DNA of 64,000 nucleotides, taken from Eremomyces bilateralis CBS 781.70 (lineage: Eukaryota). How positions within the stretch are numbered: the stretch's first letter is position 1; every line of letters starts with the position of its first letter. The stretch is from the NCBI GenBank assembly GCA_010015585.1, contig ML975165.1; one strand, 5' to 3'. The translations under genes were made by a program, and so were the position numbers. Below, one piece after another: positions 1 through 14,000 of this stretch. The notes below the pieces were generated by a model. The model ran no database searches and was not told the origin of the DNA. It saw only the letters and a list, made by a program, of their open reading frames with translations.

Positions 1-984
1 CGGAACAGGAGGCGGAGTGGGCTGCGATATGCTCAAGGCGATGGTACGACCCCTATGTTCGGTTGTATATGATGGACTGCTCACAACAATGGCCCAGAAA
101 TCGCACATACATCACTCATGCACACGCTGTTGAAACTTAATACCGGACTAGTCGGCATCATCTCCTCGTTCCTCGGCAGCGGTCGGAAAGATGCGAAGCT
201 GGATTACCGTAGCCTAACCAAGCTCTCCGATGAGTCTCGAGCGGAGACCATTGATGCTTTAGGGAAGCTGTACCACCGAATATCCCGCTCGGACCTCACA
301 TTGCTCCAACCGCAGCCTTTCTGCGGTAGATGTAGGCGTCGGGTACATCATGGGCCTTGCCAGAGTCACGGCGATGCAAAGTCGGCCGAATCGAACCCGT
401 CTAGACGTGGGGATGACGCGGCCGAAAAGCGGATGCGGCAAACGAGTCGGCAGAAAGACGACCAAGCTAGTGTGCAGCGAGTTCAACACGGCTCTGCAGA
501 ATCGCGTCTGGTCATGGTACGGCCGCGAGGTCGGCGGACGAGATCATCTTCGACGAGTTCGTCGGGCATGAAATCCGGGGAGACGACGGCTGTGGCATCA
601 CCAACATCATTGCCAACCATGACTCCCACGACACCCTCTCCGAAACCAGTGCGTGGACATCGACCGCCGCCTGTACATGCTCACTCATACCCTACTGCTT
701 TTCCAGCAGCGTCGCCAGGTCGCACTACGCAACATGGACGCGTTGCTCCGGTACCCACGAGAAGACAGGATAAGTTAACGCCGAGCTACTACTCGTTCGC
801 TTCAAACAGTACGAAGCTCGGAGAGATCCCTATGCGCAATTGGACGGTCCCATTCGACGAGGCTGAGGCTCGGAGGCTGAACGAGGCGGCTATGGACATG
901 CCGTATCCGTGGCATAGCCCCCCGGTGGAGCAGAAGGAGAGACCAAAAGGTCGGTTTCGGTTTTGGAAAAAGGGGGAGGATTGA
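1..984 (+). CDS. 5'-truncated fungal hypothetical protein (intron 44-97)
   Basis: GTACGA..CTCAC..CAG intron joins RYAQGD to EIAHTSLMHTLLKLNTGLVGII; the ORF continues to TGA at 984; Ser/Pro-rich C-terminus with SFASNSTKLGEIP motif. Confidence 0.7.
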
Positions 985-1157
985 GCTGTCCGTGTGTTAA
1001 TGGTAATTCTGATGACTGATGAGCTACGAAATCACTTTAGCATTCTGACAGCGTTGAAGCGATGCACTTACAAATTCTGTCTGGATTATCGTGTGCAAAT
1101 TCGAGAATGAAAGTAGCGATATATTTAATATATGCTAATGGTATTTCGAACAATCAG

Positions 1158-2858
1158 TCATAAGATTTCCTTCAAGGGTTTCTGCTCCACCTCTCCTTTC
1201 TTCTGCCCAGACCCCGTCCACTCATCAATTAGCAATCGTGCTATGTTCTTGCCCATCAGTGCATTCGTCTCCATGGTGCTGATAAAACTCTCCATCCCGG
1301 ACGTGTACCACAGTCCCTCATCTAGCTTCAACTCTTCGAATGTAACCCTGGGGAGCCCGTAGGGGTATGAATGCCAAACCTTCCGGTACATCCAGCTGAT
1401 GTCATCCCTGCTAAGTTCGTGGCCAGCTGCAGGTGTGGGAAGGTCGAAGATCTCTGCGAGGAAAGCAGGGTTAACTGATTCGTGGGAGAAGATCTTGTAC
1501 ATGTACTCTGTACGCGGCGGGGAGAAGGCAGTATTGTTGACAGCCCGAAGGGTGCTGATGCTGAAGAATGCGGGTTTTGAATGAGTAGAAGGGTCAGAGG
1601 GTACGGTGGTGAGAATGGTGGTAGGGACTTCGGCGTCGGAGTCTATTCCGAACGCTCGGCCGTGGAGAAGGCGAGGAGAAGTGAAAAGCGTAACATGAAG
1701 CTTTACCCATGGTATCTCCGACGGGATGCTCTCAGGCGCTGGAAGTATGGAAACATTGGCAAATTGATAAGGCGCTGCCAGGATGACCGTATCGAAGCTC
1801 TCGGTCGCTGACTTGACCCCATACGAGTCTACCGTGTCTCCTAGTGACGATATGGTTGGACTTGAGGTAATCCCAAAGCCACTTTTCTCCCTACGTTCAA
1901 TGGCCGAGACTGTGACGTTAAGGCGCACATCTGACGATGCCGTCTTGGCCATATGGGCGAACATCTGCCAGTTGCCCCCTTCCACGGCCATGGCACCCTC
2001 AGGAGCCATCGAGACCATGGTCTCAAGTCCGTGTATCTCATTAAGCTCTTGAGCGTAGTTGACTCGCGTGCTACCATGCATTAGCCATTATAGAACGAAG
2101 AGCTATGGACGCTGGTCTCAAACCTCGCCTGCACAATCTCCTTGGCAAACAGACCACCCACCCCATTCTTCTCCAGAAACTCGATACCCGTCGCGGCGGT
2201 CGCCTGCGTCAAGCCCAGCAGCAACGCCACGTCGGACAGCGAGCTCCACGGAAAAAAAGGCTCCTCATACATCTTCAAGAACCGATTCACCGTCTTCTGC
2301 ACCAGCTTCCGCGTCTTGATCGGCGCATACCCGTATCGCCATAGCAATCTCGGCAGATCCCAAATCGTGCCGTATTGCGTGTAGACAAACTTCGCGCCGT
2401 CCCACACGCCCAGCGTGGGCCGATCGTCGCGCGGCCGCTCGTCGCCGGCGCCGCTGGTGCTGAGGTTGAACTCCGTGCAGGCGTCGACGAGGATCTGGTT
2501 CTGCTCGACGAAGATACTGGCCCCGAGTTCGATGGGGAAACGCGGGTCATCGTACGCGTGGACGGTGGTGGAGCGGCCACCGAGGTAGTGGTTGCGCTCG
2601 AAGATGGTGATGTCGACGTCGAGGCCGGCGCGTTGGGCGAAGCGCTGGATGTGGTATGCGGCTGAGGAGCCGGCTGCTCCACCTCCTATATACGTGTTAA
2701 ACGCGCAACATTTTAAGAACTCTAGCAATTGTACCGATGACGGCGACTCTTTTGCTTGTCTTTATGGGCTTCTGGGCCCCGAGAAATGAAGGGAAACTGA
2801 AGGCATGAATGCTGACGAACAGCAACGAAAACGCGACGCTGATGGCAGGGACTCTCAT
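1158..2858 (-). CDS. Prenylcysteine oxidase/lyase (FAD-dependent, signal peptide), 2 introns
   Basis: ATG 2858 gives hydrophobic signal MRVPAISVAFSLLFVSIHA; Rossmann motif VAVIGGGAAGSS split by an intron; ELGASIFV, TRVNYAQ and ESFISTMET motifs. Confidence 0.9.
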
Positions 2859-3241
2859 GATTATAAATTCTATCGACGGAGATAATTGAACACGGCTTTG
2901 AACGAAATCATAACTACTCGCAGAAGCCTTTTAAATCAAGAGGATACCGATGTAAATAGATCAAGAGTTGCGGAATGAACGGGAATATGGCGTGAGGGAG
3001 CAAACGGATGCTCCCTTACGTCAGGTTCTCAGCAACTACAGTCGGGATTGGGAGGTTAATGTCAAGAACAACGGCATCATTCCCGAAAGTCATTTGGGTG
3101 TATAGAATTAAATAAGACTGCAAGCCACACCATAATACCATTTATTGATCATGTCGTAACCGTCCAGTATACACAAGCTTACGACGCCAACGCCTTGCCA
3201 ATCAAGCGACCTCAAGTCCCTATAGACCATAAACCTGGGAA

Positions 3242-4748
3242 TTACAATGACCCCTCGCTTCCAAACTCTTTTGTCCACGCCGAGTTCCTGTCCAGGTCCT
3301 CAGAACTGACACTGGGTCTGGCCGCTCGAATCGCTCGCTCAAAGTCCTTCGTGTCCAGCTGCGGTTCCAGAAGTTTACTGGCATCCACTTGCGTCCAATC
3401 CATCTCCAGCGCTTTGGGGTCGCCGGGAGAGCACGGGGTGTACTTCTCCTCGTCGTCGACGTGTACCTGGTCATGGTAAGCAGTTGCGTTGCCGTTTCGA
3501 GGGGACACGTACCTTCTTCCAGTGCGTCGCGGTTTGAATCTTCCGAACGGGATACATCAGAGCATCCTGCACCGCAATACTAATGTCGCTCCCTGAGTAT
3601 CCTTCGGTCATCTGCGCCATTTTCCGGTAATTCAGCGAGTTTTCCCCTGGAGTGTTTCCCACCGCCAGTTGGAACATTCGTTGTCGTGCACCGAGATCCG
3701 GAAGACTGATGTGTATTCTCCGTTGGAATCGTCGTCGAATGGCGGCGTCCAGTTGCCATGGGATATTTGTCGCACCGAGAATGAGGACGCCCGACGAGTC
3801 TTTCCCCACGCCGTCCATCTGCACCAGTAACTCCGTCTTGATACGTCGTGAGGCTTCTGATTCGCCTTCACCACGGGGTCCACAGAGCGCGTCAATTTCG
3901 TCGATGAAGATGATTGAGGGTTTGTTTTCGCGCGCCATGGCGAAGAGCTGCTTCACCAGCCTATCCCAAAAGTCAGCCCGTATTCGACCAGACGTTGAAG
4001 GTTCCGCCAGCGTACCTCTCGCTCTCGCCCATCCATTTGGACACCAAGTCACTACTGCTGACGCTGAAGAACGTGCTCTGTGCCTCCGTAGCTACCGCCT
4101 TCGCTAGGTAACTCTTACCGGTACCTGGCGGACCGTAAAGTAATATGCCTTTCCATGGTTTCCGCTTCCCAACGAACAGATGCTCGAACTTTATCGGTAA
4201 TATGACCGCCTCCTTGAGGGCCTCCTTCGCTTGATCCAGACCCGCGACATCTTCCCAGTGGACATCCGGTCGCTCCAACAGTATCGCACCGGCGAGGGCA
4301 CCGCGCAGCTTCTTGGAGTCGGCGTCCAGCTCCTCTTCGTCTTCCTTGCCTTTGCCACTACCGGAGGCTACCTTCCCGTTTGCGCCCACTGCACTCGGCT
4401 TTTTCCGATCGTCCTTTTCGGCGAGGTGGTTCTTCAGCTTCTCGGCGCGGTCCATGTACTCGGCGGCCTTCGCTCGGATCATGTCCTTCGACTTGGCATT
4501 CTTCTCCCCTACGACTTGTTAGCATATGGTATAGCGACGGAATCGGTATCAGGACGAACATTTCAGCGCAAGCATAAACAGTTCCACTGTGGTCTCGATC
4601 AGCATACGTCATTCAGAGCAGTTGCAGGCTGTCACTCACGCGCTTGGTAGTATAGTTGATATGCTTTCTCATATTCTCCAGCTGTATCCTGATCGATCGC
4701 CTTCTTAACAACGTCAATTGCTCGACCGACAAAGTCGGTGTTGCTCAT
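3242..4748 (-). CDS. VPS4: Vacuolar protein sorting AAA ATPase Vps4 (MIT + AAA), multi-exon
   Basis: [21 protein letters not shown] start, Walker A GPPGTGKS, Walker [18 protein letters not shown]-terminal TPCSPGDP and WTKEFGSEG. Confidence 0.97.
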
Positions 4749-5219
4749 CTTGGAGTTGACGCAGGCTCGGGCTTGACTGGTGATCGAAGAGCAGCGTCGC
4801 GGGCGTCTCTTAGTGCGCTTTTCAGAGAGGTAAACAGTTCAGATTGGGTCCAGGCGATGTCCGCTAATCAGACGAAAATAGAGCCGCAGATGATATGTGC
4901 TGTAGGGAAAAGGAAGTGCATGTAGATCAGAGAGGTTAATTGTTGATACCTGTAACAAATCGCTATCGGGCGGGGAGGGCCAAGGACATCAATGAATCGT
5001 GAGGCAACCACTTTTCGTGGGGCAACACCCAACAGTCTTCATATTATTCCGTAATTACAGACTTCATATTACGATCATTGCTCAAACACTGTGCAATCTC
5101 TTCTGGCTCTCCTCCGTGAAATTCTAGGAATTTGTCAAATCAATCCAACCTCTAAGAACGAGATCTGAATTTATACCCATCCTCGGCCAAACACGTTCCT
5201 TATATAATACTTCGACACC

Positions 5220-5743
5220 ATGAGTAACCCGAAGAAGGTCATCCAAGACCTTACCGAGAAATATCAAAGTTTCCAGTCCGGTATTTGCCCGCTCCATGCC
5301 TCGCGATTCTGCATCACTATCGGAGCTAATCATTACCCGCAGACCTCCAGTCCGCCGTGGAAGCGCGACAAAAGCTCGAGTCCCAGCAGCAGGAAAACCA
5401 GAGCGTGAAGAAGGAGTTCGAGCTGCTCTCCGGCACGGCCAACATCTACAAGATGATCGGCCCGGTTCTGATGAAGCAGGAGAAGTCCGAAGCGACCATG
5501 AGCGTGAACGGGCGGCTAGAGTTCATTGAGAAAGAGATGTATGGTGCCATGATATTTCCTCGGCGCGTGAATTTTGGCGGGAGCTGACGGTTTTTTATAG
5601 AAAGCGGGTTGAAGGGCAGATATCGGAGATACAGAACAAGGCGGAGTCGGTGAAGTCGGAGGTGCGTATTGGTGTGGACGTCGAGGGGAGGATGGAGCTG
5701 ATTTTTCTAGATCATAAACCTACAATCCCAGACGGCTTCATGA
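5220..5743 (+). CDS. YKE2: Prefoldin subunit 6 (beta type), 3 introns
   Basis: RQKLESQQQENQSVKKEF and IYKMIGPVLMKQEKSEATMSVNGRLEFIEKE; spliced exons end with TGA at 5743. Confidence 0.92.
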
Positions 5744-6231
5744 GCCGATTTCTCTTGAAGGCATTCAACTTGCTCTTACGTGACCACTTTAGCAGCTAGA
5801 TCGGTGTTGAAAAGGGGAATATGGATGTGAAAGGCGATGTCACGCCGACGAGGCATGGACCTGGCAGACGTTCGGATTGGATTGAGCCATGTTGGGGATA
5901 CGACTCTACTCCATACAGCGGTGCTACATATGCTTAACATGGACCACGGCTGGCCAGCACGAGGCAGATATAGCGAAGGGCAGCGCGTCCTACTCCATCC
6001 CACCGCAGCGGTCACTCATCGTGCTCTGGACAGTCGTAGAAGCCGCTCCTGAGAACCAGCGATGCGAAACGCGCAGAGGCAGATATACCATAGCTCGTCC
6101 AAGCGAGAAGCCAATTTCGAATCTACACGGCATCCCATCTGGCGGAACCCTCCGTAAACCCAGTGATACGCCTCCCATGATATCGTCGTATGTACAATCC
6201 CAACCGCCCATCCCTCCCCATCAATATTCCC

Positions 6232-6784
6232 TCAATCTTTCAACGGTTTCTCGGGCGTGACCGCGAACGTCGGCCGGACGAATCTACAAACAGTTAGTTA
6301 GCCTTGATTATCGTGTACCAATCGAGATTGGTTTTCCATAGCACGTACCGATCGCTGTGATACGCCTTGGTCTGCCGTCCCAACAACTCCTGCTCGCGCG
6401 CCAAATCCGCCCAATGCCTCCGCACCTGATCCCGATCTTCCTCCGCCTGCAATAACGGCGTCAAGTAGATCCGACTCCACATCTTCTCTCGTGCAAGCTC
6501 ACTATACCCCATCGTCAGCGACCATCTCCAATGCTCGTGGCTCCGATAAATTCTCGGAAACCAACGCCTCCACATATCCGAGCGAGTTGCCTGCCCGAGT
6601 CGAGGTATCGCATGTGTCAAACTCACTTATGCTCCCGCACGCCTACGCCGTACTTATAAAACCCGAACGTCATCACCAGGCCCATCCCGACGAGATACCA
6701 CGCGGGTCGGAATCCTCGTGTGGGGAGGTTGCGGCGGTATTGGACGGCGCCGTAGCCGCCCACCGGCGGCATGTCCTGAGGCAT
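6232..6784 (-). CDS. NDUFA13: NADH:ubiquinone oxidoreductase subunit GRIM-19/B16.6
   Basis: MPQDMPPVGGYGAVQYRRNLP, ELAREKMWSRIYLTPLLQAEEDRD; last exon RFVRPTF. Confidence 0.95.
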
Positions 6785-7416
6785 GGTGGGGAAGGGACCG
6801 AAGAAGGGTGTGGAGGAGAGGGAGGTCGAATGGAGAAGGAATATTTCCGGATGGAGGCGCAATTGTTGGTGGTTCAATTGGAGGTGGGAGCTGATCGCGA
6901 GAGCTTAGAGTGACCGAGTGAGGTTCGGGATTGAATATCACGTGACTTAGAATCTATGAAATGGTCGTTTCCTGATTTGTCGATGAGATCGATTTTGGAT
7001 AGTCAGAGAAACTGGATCTGTTGACTATTCCATGAATGCAGGATATTGCAGTGATATTAAAGGCCTAGAACGCGATTTTCGGTGTTCGCTAAAGCTCCAT
7101 GAGCAATAGCATGCTGCTCTTTTCTTCCGGTAAGGTAGTGTTACATGTCGACTTCCATCGAAGTCCAAGCACGATGCCCCCATTCTGTCCAGCATACATT
7201 ATCCGCGTCTGCCTCGCACAAAACCTGAAATCATACACCCGATGCACGCGTTCCTTACGTACAGGGACTCAGACAGACGCCGACGATGCCCGAAATCCCA
7301 TCACCTTTTTCTCCGAAACTCCGATTTGATCTGGATGCCCACTCCAGCATACCCCCTCTACCAAGTAGCAATGCTTCTAACCCATCTTATCTTGTCGGTC
7401 TGTCGATCTCCCATCT

Positions 7417-10328
7417 TCACTTGGCCGCTGGCCCCGAGGTGCCATTCACCTGCGCCGCACCTACCGTCGCGTCCCCACCCACCGCCACCTTCTGCGATTG
7501 CGGCTGCGGCGTGTGGCTCCCCTGCTTCACCGTCGGCGTCGCGGTCTCTCTAGCTGGCGACGCATGCCCCACGCTCGGGTTCGTGTTCGCCGTCGCGAGC
7601 ATATCCTGCTGTTGCTGCGGCATGACCTTCGCCGCCTGCTGATAGTGGTTTTTCTGCACCGCGAGATGTTCCGGCGCTTTGGTCGCGTCGGCGGGTAGCG
7701 TAGACGGCAGCGGCATGCGGGGTGATTGCGACGAGGAGGACACGTGGCGTTGGTGGGAGACGGCGCTGTTGGGTCGTGGTTGATTGGGGCTGGCGAGGTT
7801 GACAGGGCGGGGAGACAGGTGGCTCAAGGGCCCGGTGGAAGTCGGCGTCGGCGTCGCGTAGCCGGGATGTGGTTGAGGGTAGGTTGGTTGGACGGTCGGG
7901 ACGGGCGCCGGTTTAAGAGGGGAGGCGTTCCGCACGTAGGGGGACTGGCTCGCGGACGCGTTCATGGACGCTGCGCTCGAGGGGCGCTGGATATAGGGCG
8001 CTGGCTGCACCTGGGCGTTATATGGACGGTTTTGGACCGGGGTGTTTTGGTAGTATTGGTTCACCGGCGGTCGCTGTGCCGCTGCTGGAGTGTAGTTCTG
8101 CACCCCGGTTGGACCATAGTTTGGACGGACATTCGATGGAGGGTAGTTTTGTCCATATGCGGCGGGTCGAGGTTGAGTGAAAGTGCCCGGTGTCTGATAA
8201 GCCTGCGGATTGCTGGCAGACCGTTGGAACTGAGATAGCGGTGTTCGCGTAGCATTGGAAGCCTGCTGTGGATAATACGAGTTCGCAGCGGGTCTCGCAT
8301 GTGTGTTTGGCGCGACGGCGGTCCGGCCATATGTTTGGGGAAGAGGCGTATAATGACTCGACACGGGTCCCCGATTCACCGGCGTACCAACCGGAGCGGC
8401 GTTGTATGCAGGCACCTTCGGATTTCTTGGCGGGGCCGGTTCCTCCATGACGCCCCGGTGATTTGGAGCTTCGAACAGAACGGTTCGAGAAATGTTGAGC
8501 TCGTCAAGCTGATCCCCGTTCAGCTTCGCAACTGCATATGGAGGAAGAGAACCAATCATGAGAGACAACTGCATCTTGAGAGTCTCATAGATAGCCATCT
8601 CGCCAGCTGTCGGCGCACTGGGGCTTCCGGTAAGACTTGTGAGGGAGCTGTTGTGATTGACCGGGGTTCGGGTATTGGAAGCCAGTGAAGCATGTCGGAT
8701 ACGCTGGAACGAGTAGAGTGTCTCCAGCAGCTCCGAAATCTCGGCCAAGACCTCATCCACCTCTTTCTCCTCTTTTGAATGCATGCCCAGTTTCCTCTCA
8801 ATGTACTCGTGGTCCTCCACAGGGTCATACTCCTCCAATGCCTCCTTGATCCGACTTTCGTCAATTTCATCATCGGCGTCAGGTGCGGCCACTTCTCCAT
8901 TCGTTTCGCTGAATTCAAACACTTCTTCATCCGGCTCAAATCGTGGTTTGCCGATCTTCTGCCACCAGATGTCACCCTTGACTTCGGATGGGACAATTGC
9001 CGTCGAATCATCCCGGCTTGGCGCAAAGCTCGAATACACGCTCCGGAACAATGCCGCCTCTCGCGCTTGCTGCAAAGATGCCACTGCTTCTTGCGATAAA
9101 GGCGGATTGGCCTCTCCGGTGCTCAACGCACGATCTCGCTGCTTCCGCTTTGCTTCCGGAGACGTTGGTTCTTGAGTGCTGTCCACTCCGTTATACCCGA
9201 GCCACTGTCCGACGGAGAGCGACTCCCTGACCCAGTTATAGCTTCCTCGGCGGGACATCCGTGATAACGCATCTTGGGATACGAAGCTGACGCTGGAACC
9301 GCGGGTGCTGAGGTGTTTAACGGGTTTCGGAGGGGTAAGCGGCAAGGTATTTTGAGGCGGACGGAATGATTCGCCGAATGTCGGCGCCTTGATATCGGAA
9401 TCTTTGCCCTTGCGAGGGACCACCTTGACTGTTGACAGGACATTGGGGAGATCGCGTTCGTGAATGGGCATTTCGATCCCAACCCCGTTCTCGAATTCCG
9501 AACTAGCTGCGTCGGAGGCGGAGATCTGCTTTTTAGATTGGAAACTCGAGAAGAGCTGTCGAGGAACCGGTGCATTCGCGAAAAGAGTGAGGACCGTTCG
9601 TGGTTCGCCTTGCACCGACGTAGGCCTATCCGCAGCTCGAGCACTATCCTCTCCTTTGGTGGGGACCTTCGGGGTCGATGCTAGATCCGCTTCCTGTCTC
9701 GATACAATGCGCTCCAACTCCCCTTTGAATGCAGTCGCCCTAGCGAATAGCTTCGATTCATCATCGGAGAGTTGCCGGGATACACGCTTTTTGTTCTCGG
9801 ATGAGTATTGCTTAGCCGCAATGGGGGCAAGCACTTGGTCGAGAACATCGTCGACGTCTTGAGATAGTTCAGCTAGTGTTTTGTAGTGTTGTTTCTCGAG
9901 CTTTTGTGAGATGGTCGATCGTGTAGAGATCTCATCGACTTTCGCGCGTTTAGACGAAGGCTCTCCATTGGAAAGTCGATGATCGTCAGGTTTTGTAAGG
10001 ACATGATTAAGTATTGAAGGTTCAGGGTCGAAGCTGGAGATGAATCGGGTCAGCGCTGAGACCCAAGCAGAGGATTGGAAACAATAAGAAAGTCATGAAT
10101 ATGGAAAGGTGGTGCATATTGTTCTCACCTTTTCAGAATAGAGTGTATATCGGCAGCGAGCTGTGAATCTATTGATGGTTCATGGTCTGGAATCGTGTGC
10201 TCTGATGCGGCGACACCATTAACGTGCGCGTTCCCTTCGCTATCGTCGCGTTTCCGTTTGGAAGCGATGGTCGACTCGGGCGGTTGCTCGGGTGCGGGTG
10301 GAGATAAAGTGCCGTTCACCGTCGACAT
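7417..10328 (-). CDS. Conserved fungal nuclear protein, possibly RSC58-like (intron 10034-10128); Q/P-rich C-terminus
   Basis: ATG 10328 MSTVNG..KRKR NLS-like motif; the spliced frame runs into the 805-aa ORF; WLGY..YSSFAPSRDD segment resembles the Rsc58/BRD7-9 motif (inference). Confidence 0.6.
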
Positions 10329-11083
10329 GGTCGCGTTGCGCCTGGGAAGTCCCTCAGCGGCGCGTGAGGTGATGGAGTTGATGGTGGAGGGACGCGCTGT
10401 TGCGCCGTCGCCCTGGCAAGGGATCGTCAAACTGGCCTTGTACCCTTTCGAGATTCGACGTGTTGAGGGTAGACCAGGTACGGTGGGAGGGATTAGTGGG
10501 AATGAGCGCAACCCAGGCCACGTACCACGTCTAGTAAAGAGCGAGGAAGAGATCAGGGGCAGCAGAGAAAAGCCGGGGACGAGGTATAGGGAGATATGGA
10601 CAATCAAGTGCAGAGTTCACGGCGAATGAGTTTCACGCCGAGAGTCGCGAGAGTCGTTGGTCGCTGCTCAGTCAGTCGCTCTTGCAAAACTTCGGGCATT
10701 AGGGAGGGGCGGAGAAAGTGTTCTTCCGGGTTGTCATCTCCTTGTTGCCTTGTATGGATGCCTTTGTTCCTTAATGCCTGATTTGGCTTCATTAATGCCT
10801 TGGTGCCTTGGGATATTTCATCGACCCCTGTCACGTGTATGTCTGGGGTCGAAGAGCCCTGCACGTGATTCGTCTCCAATTACCAATATGGAAACTTTCC
10901 TCCTCCTGCTCAACCAACCTTCGAGCTCCTGCATTAATCGTCCAATTCGCTTCTACATGTGTCATATTCTCTTCCGCTGAGTGATATTAATCCTCTTCCT
11001 TTCATTGGTGTTCCGGTGCCGTCTTTTTGCCCTGTCGATATGAACAGCGGCTGGGCTCATCCTCCGTGAGAGTATCGCGTTGC

Positions 11084-14000
11084 ATGCTTTGTCGAGGTTG
11101 CGCGACCGCCCTCTATCGGTCTCACGTCGCGTTTTCCCGCAATTCCCGCTCAGTTCCGACGTCCCGGCCTTGGGTTAGTCTATCCTATGATTGAACGAAA
11201 CGAAAATGGAAATGCTAACGACGCGTAGAAAAATGTCTGTCGGAGCTACTCTGCACGGGCAGAGGCCTCAGTCTCGTTGCAAAACGAGGTTGACCAACCA
11301 ACGGAAACAGTGACGGATGCAGCGGGTGGCCCGTATCCCAGGAAACGGATTGCTAGCTATCACCGACATGGGGCGGATAAGGCCATGAATCGCGGTCACC
11401 GAATTATTAGCCTGCACCGGTACAAGACGGTTGAGATCGTGAGAAATGAAGCGCCGGTTACGGATCCTAGCCGACATGTTACTCTCGGGCGCCAGTACAA
11501 GAGGCTCGAAATCATAGGAGATGAAGCGCCGTTTACTCCCAACTCCATTGGCCACTCAAAGCATGAGCTCAATAGCGCTACCCCCGTCGCAAAACTCGAA
11601 AGTCGTATTCCGGCCACAGATCCCGAAGCTTCAAACAAGCGCCAATCGGATACTCCGATAGTATCGTATAGCGTTGCCGAACATTCAGGGGATCTCGAAA
11701 GCTCAAATGAGCGCGAATCGTATACTCCGATAGTCTCGCATGCTGTTGCCGAACCGTTAGAAGATCTTGAAAGCTCAGGCGAGCCTGGATCGTATACACC
11801 GATAGTCTCGCATGCCGTTGCCGAACCTTTAGCGAATCTCTTGAATCCGCGGAGAATTGAGGACAAGGGTGGTGACTTGGACTATCTCAGTAGAGCACTT
11901 GTCATTTTGCAGGAACAACACATCCTTCCCAAGTACATTCTGCCTGCCCCAACAAAATTTTCCGAAAAGGCCGACGTCGTGCATCGCTACGATACTTTGC
12001 GCTCTAGAGACAGACCCGCGAGTAGAAAGTGGGTGTTGGCATCGTACATTCAAGCGATGAGCCAAGTGGTTCCAAGGCGCGACCTTCTGGCGGTGGACTT
12101 CAGAACGGCGATATGGCCGCATCACGAGCAAATTGCGTCCTACCTATCGAAGGCGGACTTACCTTGTCTTGCCTTGGAGGGGCACGATGCCACTGATCTG
12201 TTCAACTGGGCGACGATTTTGCTGTCAAGACGTCCAGGGCGTGAAATAATCGAAGGCATGACGAGACCCCCTCTCGAAGCGTCTGGCCCAAGTCGGACTC
12301 GGGTTCCGGTATTCGTCCTGTTAGCGGTGCTTCGACGTCGCAAACTTCACCCCGACTGCATCTGGGATATCTTGCAGTATGTGTCGGCGGCTTTCGATGA
12401 CGCCCATGCGTTGCATAAGTCCGATCCTAGCGCCACTCGCACATTGTCTCGGCAGAATCGAGCCACGGAGATTTTGGGGAAATATCACATGCTTCTCATT
12501 ATTGGAAGGCTTCTGCGTCATGCGCGTCAAGTGCATACCACTCTTCTTTCCGACATCGCTGGACTCCTTTGTCGGCACTTGGATTTTCTGCAGCAAATTT
12601 CCACGCCTCAAGTCCACGGTCCACCTGTTGCTCAAGCCCTTCAGACAGCAACGTTCTTGTGTAATAAGGTTCTGAATGCCCTGGCAATCACGCCGACGAC
12701 TCACCCACTCCGTGATTCTTTTGCAGCTGAAAATGCACAATTCACCATCCTTGAGAGGATGGCAGGGTTTGCTCCGCCTCTGATCGTCACTTCAGAAGGC
12801 TACAAAGCCGTGATCGCAGTCTTGCTACGGAGACCGAAGACCGAAAGAGAACGCGATTGGGCTGCAATGAAGAAAGGGAGCTGGCCGCCTTGGAAAGAAG
12901 ACCGGACTGGACTAGATGAATACAAGAATGCGGCGTATGGCACGTCCCGAGCCGGGGCCGCTTTGCTCCGTATGAAAGAGGCCGGGTGCGATACGGGCGA
13001 ATGGGGAATGCTCGCCCATCTCTTCGCGGGCTGGGATACGGACAACACCCCTACTATGCAGGTTCGAGCGAAGTTGCCGAACACAGACAGGAAGCTACCG
13101 GAACCCGACCATTCCATCGCCGTGCAGACCGGCATTTGGGCCGCGCGAATCACCGCGACGAGGACATTGAACGAAGCGTGGGCTTCGTTCTTGGCATTCA
13201 AGTCCAGCGGGACGTATGCTCCGAGTTTGTCAGTGACCGGATCCGACGTGTACGAGGCCATGCTTCGGAAGATTGTCGCGCAGGAAAACGCGAAGATCGA
13301 AAAGTCCAATACCGCCGATTTCAGAGACCCGGCGATGTCGTCGCAGTCCATACCGTTACCCGGCGACGGCATAGAACTTTCCCCCGAACCTGCGTCCACT
13401 CACGAGTGGACCTATGTTTCGGCACCGCCTCCCTCTTCCAACGAACTTGTCGGCGAGATGATCGCCAAGGTCAGGGTTTCAAAGAAGTGCGCCCAGTTCA
13501 TTCTCGTCAACGTTACGGACGCTACGCGGCTTCAAAGCCTCCTTGAGTTACTCTTCGACGGCTCAAGAATCAACGAAATCATTTGGTCATCCAGACCCGA
13601 GCATCAAATGCATTGGAAGGAAGTGCCCTTACCTGCCATCAAATGCGTTATTGCTGCTCTCTGCCGAGTGCCTGCGGTGAAGGGAATATCGGACGTCATT
13701 CACGGCCCTTCGGTCTCGAACATATGTCCTCCTTTACGCCTTCGATCGCAGCACCCAGTTGTCCACGCTCTTCATTTATCAGCTTACTATCCCCACTCGA
13801 AGAAGTTCGTGTACGCCATGGTCCTTCGCTGCCTCGAAAAAGGCAACAACACGAAAGATCCGGTCGGCATCCGCGACCATCCGCGGTCCCTTGATAAGAT
13901 ATACCGGGTCGCACTCGCACGGCACGCTGCTCAGACCATCGCCGTCGAACAAGAGCCTCTCGACCTGCCCGGCTTCTCCAGCATTTGCAACATACTCCAA

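Noticed and set aside
5776..6260. Short ORFs between the prefoldin and GRIM-19 genes
   Set aside because: Convergent 3' UTR region with no motifs or splice support.
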